The notes under the pieces are model-generated. The model was not told where the DNA came from, did no database searches, and worked only from the letters and a program-made list of their open reading frames with translations. This document shows positions 8,819 through 16,751 of a DNA stretch of 64,000 nt, in pieces. How positions within the stretch are numbered: position 1 is the first letter of the stretch; the number at the start of each line of letters is the position of its first letter. The position numbers were made by a program, and so were the translations under genes. This DNA comes from Nannocystis bainbridge (GTDB lineage Bacteria; Myxococcota_A; Polyangia; Nannocystales; Nannocystaceae): assembly GCF_028368995.1 (NCBI RefSeq), contig NZ_JAQNDL010000001.1, positions 256,001-320,000 on the forward strand, in the 5' to 3' direction.

Positions 8819-9850
8819 GTGGTCAACGCTTACATCTCAGGGACTGGTTCCTACGTGCCGCCGCGGGTCGTCAGCAACGACGCTCTCATCCACGAGTTCG
8901 GCGTCGACACCACGCACGAGTGGATCGTCCAGCGCACCGGCATCGAGGCGCGCCGGTTCGCCGAGGCCGGGGTGGGCACCGCCGACATGGCCGCCGAGGC
9001 TGCTCGCGCCGCGCTCGCCGACGCCGGGCTCGCCGCCCACGACCTCGACCTCATCATCGTCGCCACCCTCTCGCCCGAGCACGCCTTCCCCGGCAGCGGC
9101 GTCTACTTGCAGCGCAAGCTCGGCCTGTGCGAGGGCGACGACGCCAAGTTCGTGCCCGCGCTCGACGTCCGCAACCAGTGCTCGGGCTTCCTCTACGGCC
9201 TCTCGACCGCGGTCGCCCACGTGCGCGCCGGCATGGCGAAGCACGTGCTCCTGGTCGGCGCCGAGACCCACTCCGCCGCGCTCGACCTCTCGCCCGAGGG
9301 CCGCTCCGTCTCCTCGCTGTTCGGCGACGGCGCCGGCGCCGTCATCGTCTCGGCCACCGACGACGACCGCGGCGTGCGGGGCGTCTACCTCGGCGCCGAC
9401 GGCCGCTTCGCCGAGGTCCTGTGCCAGAAGATCTGGGACATCCGCCAGCGCCCGTTCGTCGCCAAGAACCCCGACCGCAGCGGCACCGTCCCGCCGGAGA
9501 TGTTGTGGGCCAGCATGGACGGCAAGGTCGTGTTCAAGCACGCCGTCGGCGCCATGATCGGCTCGCTGATGCGCGCCTGCTCGTCGCTCTCGCTCGACCT
9601 GCAGGACATCGACCTCTTCTTTTTTCACCAGGCCAACCTGCGCATCAACCAGTTCATCGCCCAGCAGCTGCAGATCCCCGAAGAGAAGGTCCCCCACAAC
9701 ATCGAGCGCTACGGCAACACGACCGCGGCCACCATTCCGCTGCTGCTGGCGGAGAGCGCGCGAGACGGGCGCCTTGTGCGCGGTAAGAAGGTCGCGATGG
9801 TCGCGTTTGGCAGCGGATTCACGTGGGGCGCCGCTATCGCTGACTGGTGA
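8819..9850 (+). CDS. fabH: 3-oxoacyl-ACP synthase III (FabH family)
   Basis: GTGSYVP, WIVQRTGI, catalytic Cys (NQCSGF), His (FHQAN) and Asn (YGNTTAA), FGSGFTWG; GGAGGA RBS before GTG8819. Confidence 0.93.
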   Translation: MVNAYISGTGSYVPPRVVSNDALIHEFGVDTTHEWIVQRTGIEARRFAEAGVGTADMAAEAARAALADAGLAAHDLDLIIVATLSPEHAFPGSGVYLQRKLGLCEGDDAKFVPALDVRNQCSGFLYGLSTAVAHVRAGMAKHVLLVGAETHSAALDLSPEGRSVSSLFGDGAGAVIVSATDDDRGVRGVYLGADGRFAEVLCQKIWDIRQRPFVAKNPDRSGTVPPEMLWASMDGKVVFKHAVGAMIGSLMRACSSLSLDLQDIDLFFFHQANLRINQFIAQQLQIPEEKVPHNIERYGNTTAATIPLLLAESARDGRLVRGKKVAMVAFGSGFTWGAAIADW

Positions 9851-9894
9851 GCCCCTCCACACCTCCTTCCCCTGGCATCGATCAGGGTAGGAGC

Positions 9895-10296
9895 GTGGTA
9901 CGCCGCGCCGCATCGCTCCTCGTCCTCGCCGTTCTCGGGTGTGCCCCGTCGACGACGACGCAGGCGCCGTCGGAGCCGCCCACGGTCCGCACCGACACCG
10001 ACACCGAGCCCGTGCGGGCCCAGCCGCGCCGACCCCCGCCCGCGTTCGTCCAGGCCCTCGCCGAGCTCGAGCGCAACCCCAACCTCTGCCTCCGCCTCGT
10101 CGGCCCGCGCGCGGAGCCTGTCCGAAAAGCCTTGTTGCGAGCCTCCCGCGGCCGCATCGACGAGGCCCGGATCGTCGCCGAGACCGAGCCGGTCGAGCCG
10201 GTCGCCCGCAGCGTCGAATACCGCTTCTTCGTCCAGCCCCCCGCCGAGTCCGGCGGCGTCGGCCTGCACACGATCCACGCCTACATGCCGCAGTGA
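9895..10296 (+). CDS. Small hypothetical lipoprotein
   Basis: AGGAG RBS, GTG start, LLVLAVLGC lipobox. Confidence 0.55.
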   Translation: MVRRAASLLVLAVLGCAPSTTTQAPSEPPTVRTDTDTEPVRAQPRRPPPAFVQALAELERNPNLCLRLVGPRAEPVRKALLRASRGRIDEARIVAETEPVEPVARSVEYRFFVQPPAESGGVGLHTIHAYMPQ

Positions 10297-10381
10297 CCGC
10301 ATGTCCGCCGAGACATGTCCAATCGGGCATGCCTCTGCGGACATGACTTTTAAAAAGAAGCATGTCCCCGGGGACAGGCGC
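10297..10381. repeat. Array of GGACATGTCC-like palindromic decamers (14-bp period)
   Basis: ccgcatgtcc-gccg-agacatgtcc-aatc-gggcatgcct-ctgc-ggacatgact ... aagcatgtcc-ccgg-ggacaggcgc, in the gap between convergent genes. Confidence 0.85.
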
Positions 10382-10420
10382 GAGGACGGCGCGACGAAGC
10401 CTGAGACCTCGCCGGCTGGC

Positions 10421-10611
10421 TCCTCGCTAGCCTCCGAGCGCCCGCCTCGCCTTCGCGCCCTGTTCCTCGCTGGCCTCCGAGCGCCCGCCTCGCCTTCGCG
10501 CCCTGTGCCTCGCTGGCCTCCGAGCGCCCGCCTCGCCCTCGCGCCCTGTTCCTCGCTGACCCGCCTCGCCTTCGTGCCCTGTTCCTCGCTGGCTTCCGTG
10601 CGACCGCCTCG
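10421..10611. repeat. 43-bp tandem repeat, about 4.5 copies
   Basis: Unit tcctcgctggcctccgagcgcccgcctcgccttcgcgccctgt at 10421, 10464 and 10507, followed by degenerate copies. Confidence 0.85.
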
Positions 10612-10662
10612 CTCCTGCTCATCGCCCGCCTCGCCTCTGCTCGGCGCTCGTCTCGCCCGCGC

Positions 10663-11208
10663 TCACGGCCCCGCGAGGTAGTCCGGTGGCACGTGCTCGA
10701 CCAGCCAGACCCCGTTCTCGGCGCGGAAGAACACGAAGCCAGCGGCCACCATCCCCGCCGCGTCGACCCGCAGCACCGCCGGTCGGCCGTGGCGCGCGCC
10801 GACCTTGTGGGCTGTGATCGCGTCGGCCGACAGGTGCACGTGGTGGCGGCGCATCTTCAGCAGGCCCTCGCGCAGGATCGCCGCCACCGTCTGCTCACCC
10901 GTCCCGTGGAACAGCAGCGGCGGCGGCATCGCCGGCACCAGCTGCAGGTCGACCGCCACCGTGTGGCCCTGATTGGCGCGGATCTTCGTCCCCGTGTCGT
11001 CGAACGCGAACCGCTGCTTGTCGCTGGTGCGCACGATCTCCTCGAGCTGCGCCCGCGACATCGGCCGTCGCTTGTGGGCGCACGCGGCCAGCAGCGCCTC
11101 GACCTCGACCCAGCCGCCCGCCTCGAGCTCGAGGCCGAGGCCTGCCGGATCGTGGCGCAGGTGCAGCGACAGGAACTTGCTCAGGCGGACCCGGGAGTTC
11201 GCGTCCAT
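10663..11208 (-). CDS. kptA: RNA 2'-phosphotransferase (Tpt1/KptA)
   Basis: SKFLSLHLRH, SDKQRF, KIRANQGH, LFHGT, RHHVHLS, NGVWL signature motifs. Confidence 0.95.
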   Translation of the reverse strand: MDANSRVRLSKFLSLHLRHDPAGLGLELEAGGWVEVEALLAACAHKRRPMSRAQLEEIVRTSDKQRFAFDDTGTKIRANQGHTVAVDLQLVPAMPPPLLFHGTGEQTVAAILREGLLKMRRHHVHLSADAITAHKVGARHGRPAVLRVDAAGMVAAGFVFFRAENGVWLVEHVPPDYLAGP

Positions 11209-11595
11209 CGCCGCCACGATCGTCGATCTCGCCTCGGGAACAAACCCCTGACAGGCCTGTCGCGCGATCGGGCGACCGCCCGGGCACCGGCGTCGCGCGA
11301 TCTCCCGCCCCGCTCCTGCACCCTCACCAAAGCACAATCATTTCATGCACATCCACCGCAGGCCCCGGCGTTGCAAACCTGTGTTGGCACGGGCGGCGAG
11401 CTCCTTCTCCTTTTCGGCGAGCTGCCCGACTTTGGCTTACTTGGCTTGAACCTGGCTTATCCGCGAAATTAGCCTTCACCTAACTTAGCAGTCCGCCATC
11501 CGCACCACCCCATCGGGTCGAGCCACGCTCGGCCCGATGCCCTTTTGGTCGCCTGACGGCGTCCGCGCCGGGTTTTTCGGCTATCGTCACCGGCC

Positions 11596-12207
11596 ATGGC
11601 CACCGCGCTCCGCGGGACGTGCGTCGGCGCGCTCCTCGTCCTCGCCTGCGACGCCCCGGTTTCGCCCGAGCCGAAGGCCGCACCCGCGGTCCCCGAGCTG
11701 GCCGCCTGCGAGCCGGTCGGCGACGACGCCTGGCCCGAGCCGTGGGCTGACGCCGAGCTCGAGGTCCTGGCGCGGGTCAACGCGCTGCGGGCCCGGGGCG
11801 GCAGCTGCGGCGTCCTGCAGTTCTCGCCTGCCCCGCCCCTGCGCATGCAGCCCAACCTGCGCTGCGCCGCCCGCCTGCACACCGACGACATGGTCGAGCG
11901 CGCGTACGTCAGCTCGGTCGACCCTGACGGCCTCGGCGCCGGCAACCGGATCGCCAGGCTCGAGTACAACGCCGCCACCTTCGCCGAGGTCGTCGCCGTC
12001 GTCACCGAGGACGACATCGACGAGCTCGACGACGCCGACGACGTCGTCACCGCCTGGCGCGACAACCCGACCTCGTGCTGGCAGCTGTTCGCGCGCGAGC
12101 TCACCGAAGTCGGCGTCGGCGGCCGCGAGGCCACCTACATGGCCAAGGAAGCCGAGGAGCCGCAGCGCGCCGCCTACTGGACGCTGACCCTCGCGACCCC
12201 GCGCTGA
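11596..12207 (+). CDS. CAP/SCP-domain lipoprotein (degenerate)
   Basis: Lipobox LLVLAC; VNALRARG, LRCAARLHTDDM, EVGVG, YWT. Confidence 0.85.
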   Translation: MATALRGTCVGALLVLACDAPVSPEPKAAPAVPELAACEPVGDDAWPEPWADAELEVLARVNALRARGGSCGVLQFSPAPPLRMQPNLRCAARLHTDDMVERAYVSSVDPDGLGAGNRIARLEYNAATFAEVVAVVTEDDIDELDDADDVVTAWRDNPTSCWQLFARELTEVGVGGREATYMAKEAEEPQRAAYWTLTLATPR

Positions 12208-12361
12208 CGCCCGCCCGACGCCGACACGCCCCACCGCGCCCCGACCGCCTCGCTCGCCACTCACGCCCGATACGCCCGCCCCGCGCGTCTCCCCACGTCC
12301 CCGCGCGAGGCTCGCGGCCGGACCGTCGCCGTCGCGCGCGCGCCTCTGCTAACCTGCCGGC

Positions 12362-13054
12362 ATGCTCTCGCGCCGCGTTCGACTCACCTGTCTCTTGGCA
12401 CAAGTCTCTTCGACCATGTTCCTCGGGACAGCTTGCAGCGACGACGGCGATCCCCTGACCGCCGGCGAGAGCAACACCGTCGGGCCCGCCACCGACACCG
12501 ACGCGTCCACCGATCCCACCGCCGCCCCGACCGACACCGGCGACACCACCGGCGGCTCGGCCGACGACCCGGCGTGGATGACCCCGTACTGCTACACGGT
12601 GGCCGACACCAAGTGGCTGGCCCCGTGGATCGAGCGCGAGCAAGAGGTGCTCGCGCAGATCAACGCCGCGCGGGCCAAGGGCGCCGACTGCGGGTCGGAG
12701 GGCAGCTTCGGCCCCGCGCCGGCGCTCACCATGGACGTGCGGCTCCACTGCGCCGCGCGCAAGCACTCGCTGGACATGGCCGAGCGCGGCTACTTCGACC
12801 ACACCAACCCCGACGGTCAGGATCCGTTCGACCGCATCGACGAGGCCGGTTACACCGGCTGGGGCGCCGCGGGCGAGAACATCGCCGCCGGCTCCGACGA
12901 TCCCCCGCTGACCGTCCAGGGCTGGCTCGACAGCGACGGCCACTGCGCCAACCTCATGAGCCCCCAGTACAAGCACACCGGCGTCGGCTTCTACGAGGGC
13001 ACCGGCAACCTCACCTACTACTGGACCCAGACCTTCGGCGCGCTGCTGCCGTGA
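12362..13054 (+). CDS. CAP/SCP-domain lipoprotein
   Basis: INAARAKG, AARKHSLDM, GENIAAG, WLDSDGHCANLM, YWTQTFG. Confidence 0.92.
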   Translation: MLSRRVRLTCLLAQVSSTMFLGTACSDDGDPLTAGESNTVGPATDTDASTDPTAAPTDTGDTTGGSADDPAWMTPYCYTVADTKWLAPWIEREQEVLAQINAARAKGADCGSEGSFGPAPALTMDVRLHCAARKHSLDMAERGYFDHTNPDGQDPFDRIDEAGYTGWGAAGENIAAGSDDPPLTVQGWLDSDGHCANLMSPQYKHTGVGFYEGTGNLTYYWTQTFGALLP

Positions 13055-13098
13055 AGCCGCCTGACCCCGGGCCCCCCGCGGTGCTATCCTCGCCGCCG

Positions 13099-13905
13099 AT
13101 GCCCCGCACCCGCCGCAGCCTGCTCACCGGCGCCGCCGGCCTGTGCGCCGCCGCCTGGGCTCGCCCGCTGCGCGCCCAGGAGCCCGGCCTGTTCGGCCCG
13201 CTCGTCGGCGACGAGTTCCGCGAGCCGACCGCCGTCCTCACCGTCGACCTGCCGCAGCTGCAGTACCCCGGCAAGTGGAACCCGCGCCCCGGGGCCATGC
13301 GCGAGCTCGCCGTCGAGCTGCGCCTGCGCACCCGCCTCGAGCCCGTGCGCGAGCCCAGCGTCGTCACCGCCGACTCGCGGCGCCTGTTCGACACCCCGTT
13401 CCTCTACGTCGCCGGCGAGGGCAGCCTGCCGCCGCTCGGCGCCGCCGCCGAGACCGCGCTCGGCCGCTTCCTCGACCTCGGCGGCATGATCCTCTTCGAC
13501 TCCGCCGACGGCGGCGCCGACCTCGGCTTCGAGAAGGACGTCACCGCCTTGCTCGGGCGGATCTTGCCCGGCGCCGCGCTGTCCCGCGTCGCCGCCGACC
13601 ACGTCCTCTACCGCTCGTTCTACCTGGTCGAGACCCCGCTCGGCCGCACCAGCACCTTCGACCACGTGCTCGGGATCCACGAAGAGGGCCGCCTCAAGGC
13701 CCTGCTGGTCCGCAACGACCTCGGCGGCGCGCTGGCCCGCGGCGAGTCGGGCCTGTTCACCTGGCCGTGCGTCCCCGGCGGCGCCGAGCAGCGCGAGTGG
13801 GCCTTCCGCTTCGCCGTCAACATCCTGCTCTACGCCACCTGCACCGACTACAAGGCCGACCGCGCCCACGTCGAGACCCTCCTCCGCAACCGGCGGTGGC
13901 GCTGA
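13099..13905 (+). CDS. DUF4159 domain protein with Tat-like signal
   Basis: RTRRSLL twin-arginine motif; WNPRPGA, PFLYVAG, GGMILFD, DHVLYRSFY, NDLGGA, FAVNILLYATCTDYKAD. Confidence 0.8.
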   Translation: MPRTRRSLLTGAAGLCAAAWARPLRAQEPGLFGPLVGDEFREPTAVLTVDLPQLQYPGKWNPRPGAMRELAVELRLRTRLEPVREPSVVTADSRRLFDTPFLYVAGEGSLPPLGAAAETALGRFLDLGGMILFDSADGGADLGFEKDVTALLGRILPGAALSRVAADHVLYRSFYLVETPLGRTSTFDHVLGIHEEGRLKALLVRNDLGGALARGESGLFTWPCVPGGAEQREWAFRFAVNILLYATCTDYKADRAHVETLLRNRRWR

Positions 13906-13908
13906 TCC

Positions 13909-16260
13909 ATGGAGCGCTGGCGCATCACCGCGGGCCACGTCCCCGGCACTCTCGGCCTGCTGCTGATCCTCGCGGCCGTGGCCCTGGCGATCGTCGAGGC
14001 CGCCCGGGCCTACCGCAAACCTGTCCCTGGGGTCAGCCCGCGGCTGCGCGCCGGCCTGTTCGCGCTGCGCTGCGCCGGCGCCCTCGCGCTGCTGGCCGTC
14101 GCGCTCGAGCTGTCGCTCAGCTTCGAGACCACCAGCGCCGCCGGCCCGCGCCTGGTCATGCTCGTCGACGACAGCGCCAGCATGGGCATCGCCGACGCCG
14201 CGTCGGCCAGCCAGGCGACCATGCGCCGCATCGATCGCGTGCGCGACCTGTGGCGCCGCTCCGAGCCCGCGCGCGCCGACTGGAAGGAGCAGGGCCTCGC
14301 CGTCCAGGTGCGCCGCTTCGGCGAGGGCAGCGAACCGCTCTCCGGCCAGGCCGAGGCCACCCTCGACCTCGACGCCCGCCAGCCCGCCTCCGACCTCACC
14401 CGCGCCTTCGCCGAGCTCGCCGCCATCGACCCCGCCGTCGACCCGCGCCCGCTCGCTGGTGTCATCGTCGTCTCCGACGGCCTCTTCGACCGCGCCGACC
14501 GCGGCGGCGACGACCCGCTGGTGCTCGCCGCCCGCGAGCTCGGCGTGCCCGTCACGGCCGTCGCCGCCGGCGCCCCGCACCTCGTCGACCTCGCCCTCAC
14601 CGAGCTGCGCGCCGGCGAGTTCGCCTTCGTCGAGAACGTCGTCGAGTTCGCCGCCGACATCGAGGCCCACGGCCTCGAGGGCGTCAAGACCGAGGTCGTC
14701 CTGCGCCGCGACGGCCAGGTCGTCGCCACCGAGCCCTTCGTCGCCCCTGCCAGCGGCGAGACCACCGTCCGCTTCGAGGTCGCCCCTGACCGCGTCGGCC
14801 AGTTCGTCTACGAGATCGAGGTCCGCCCCGTCGACGGCGAGGCCAGCCCGCACAACAACCGCCGCGCCTTCGTGGTCAAGGTCCTGCGCGACAAGGTCCG
14901 CGCCCTGCACGTCGCCGGCCGCCCCGACTGGGACGTCCGGGCCCTCCGCACCCTGCTCGGCCGCGACCCCAACGTCGAGCTGCTCAGCTACTACATCTTG
15001 CGCGGGGCCGACGACGCCGACCGCGAGGACCCGTTCGCTCCGCTGTCGCTGATCGCCTTCCCCACCGACGAGCTGTTCAAGGAGCAGCTCGGCAGCTTCG
15101 ACCTCGTCATTCTCCACAACTTCGACGCCCTCAACCACCAGGTCGGCCGCTACTTGCCCGACATCGGCCGCTACGTCGAGGAGGGCGGCGCCCTGGTGAT
15201 GATCGGCGGCGACATGGGCCTCGCCACCGGTGATTATCCCGCGCCCGCGCTCTCGGCCGTCGTCCCGGTCGACCTGCGCGTGCCCACCGGCCTCGACGTC
15301 GAGCCGTTCCGCCCCGCGATCACCGACGCCGGCCGGCGCCACCCGATCACCGCGTGGATCGATCACAGCCGCCTGTCCGATTGGTCGACCCTGCCGCCGC
15401 TCGACAGCTACAACCCCGCCAAGCTGGCCCGCCACGAGGCCGAGATCGGCAGCGCCGTGCTGCTGCGTCACCCCGAGGGCGGCCCGCTGCTCACCATCGC
15501 CGAGCCCGGTCGCGGCCGCGTCCTCGTGTTCAGCACCGGCGCCAGCTGGCGGCTCGGCTTCCACGCCGACCTCCCGATCGTCGACGGCGCGCGGCCTTAC
15601 GATCTCCTGTGGCTCGGCGCGATCCGCTGGCTGCTGCGCGACAGCGCCGCCGACCGCCTCACCCTCGAGACCGACCGCCCCACCTATCTGCTCGGCGCCC
15701 CGATCACCCTGCGGGCCGCCGCGCTCTCGCCCTCCTACGCCCCCGAGGCCGGCGTCGAGGTCGGCTGGCGCGTGCAACCACTCGGCCACGCCGCCGACGA
15801 TCCCGGCGCCGATCCCAACGCCCCCGTCACGATCCTGTCCCAGGGGACATGGACCACCGACGCGCTCGGGCGGGCCAGCGAGACCCTCGGCGGCGGCCTC
15901 TCGGTCGGCGCCTACGAGGCCGTGGCCCAGCGCGCTGGCGGCGACGAGGCCTCCGCCGCCCCGCAGCAGGCGCGCCGCGTCTTCCTCGTCCAGGCCGCCG
16001 GCCGCGAGCTCACCCGCCTCGCCAGCGGCCCCGGCGACGAGCGGCTGCAGCGGCTCGCCGAGGCCACCGGCGGCCGCTTCTTGCGCGCCGGCAGCGACGA
16101 CCTGCCTGCCTCCCCGCCGCTGGCCCCCGATCGCCAGGATCGCGAGCGCGTCGACAGTCGCCGCGACGTCCCGGTCTGGAGCGGCGGCCTCGCCATGGTC
16201 TTGCTCATCGTCTGTCTCGGCGGCGAAGTCCTGGTGCGGCGCCGGGTCGGCCTCGCCTGA
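13909..16260 (+). CDS. Membrane protein with vWA-like and glutamine-amidotransferase-like domains
   Basis: N-terminal TM helices; LVDDSASM and VVSDG (MIDAS-like); NNRR; FDLVILHN and EEGGALVMIGG; ATGGRF; C-terminal TM ending RRRVGLA. Confidence 0.75.
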   Translation: MERWRITAGHVPGTLGLLLILAAVALAIVEAARAYRKPVPGVSPRLRAGLFALRCAGALALLAVALELSLSFETTSAAGPRLVMLVDDSASMGIADAASASQATMRRIDRVRDLWRRSEPARADWKEQGLAVQVRRFGEGSEPLSGQAEATLDLDARQPASDLTRAFAELAAIDPAVDPRPLAGVIVVSDGLFDRADRGGDDPLVLAARELGVPVTAVAAGAPHLVDLALTELRAGEFAFVENVVEFAADIEAHGLEGVKTEVVLRRDGQVVATEPFVAPASGETTVRFEVAPDRVGQFVYEIEVRPVDGEASPHNNRRAFVVKVLRDKVRALHVAGRPDWDVRALRTLLGRDPNVELLSYYILRGADDADREDPFAPLSLIAFPTDELFKEQLGSFDLVILHNFDALNHQVGRYLPDIGRYVEEGGALVMIGGDMGLATGDYPAPALSAVVPVDLRVPTGLDVEPFRPAITDAGRRHPITAWIDHSRLSDWSTLPPLDSYNPAKLARHEAEIGSAVLLRHPEGGPLLTIAEPGRGRVLVFSTGASWRLGFHADLPIVDGARPYDLLWLGAIRWLLRDSAADRLTLETDRPTYLLGAPITLRAAALSPSYAPEAGVEVGWRVQPLGHAADDPGADPNAPVTILSQGTWTTDALGRASETLGGGLSVGAYEAVAQRAGGDEASAAPQQARRVFLVQAAGRELTRLASGPGDERLQRLAEATGGRFLRAGSDDLPASPPLAPDRQDRERVDSRRDVPVWSGGLAMVLLIVCLGGEVLVRRRVGLA

Positions 16261-16328
16261 ACCCGCACGCGCGCCCTCGCCGGCCGCCCCTGCTTTATCG
16301 CGGCCGTCTCGGCTAGAGTCCTTGGCCG

Positions 16329-16751
16329 ATGCCCTCTCGCAGCAAGCCGCCCGCCGACGACGACCGCAGCCCGCCGGGACGCGTCTCGCGGCACATCCAA
16401 CCGCTCGGCCCGCGCGTGCTCGTGCGCCTGATCAAGAGCCCCGATCGCAGCGAGTCCGGGCTGTTCCTCCCGGCCGGCGCCAAGGACAGCCACAGCGAGG
16501 CCCTGCTCGCCGAGGTCGTCGAGGTCGCGCGCACCATGCCCAAGCCCGGCTTCGTCATCGACGAGGACGACGACGACGACGACATCAAGGCCGACCTCGG
16601 CGAGAACGTCAGCGGGATCCCCGTCGGCGCCCAGGTCCTCTTCGCCAAGGATCAGGGCATCGCCGTCCCCTGGGACGAGAGCCTGCGGATCCTCGGCGTG
16701 CGCCACGTGCTCGCCATCGTCGACATCATCTCCGAGGATCACCTGCAGTGA
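16329..16751 (+). CDS. groES: Co-chaperonin GroES-like protein with acidic insertion
   Basis: IQPLGPRVLV, mobile loop SESGLFLP, AEVVEV, VGAQVLFAK, VLAIV. Confidence 0.8.
   Translation: MPSRSKPPADDDRSPPGRVSRHIQPLGPRVLVRLIKSPDRSESGLFLPAGAKDSHSEALLAEVVEVARTMPKPGFVIDEDDDDDDIKADLGENVSGIPVGAQVLFAKDQGIAVPWDESLRILGVRHVLAIVDIISEDHLQ

Noticed and set aside
11385-11460. Sigma-54-like TGGCAC and a triple TGGCTT direct repeat in the kptA/CAP divergent gap
   Set aside because: There is no TTGC at the -12 position, and the repeats are too short and unevenly spaced to support a call.
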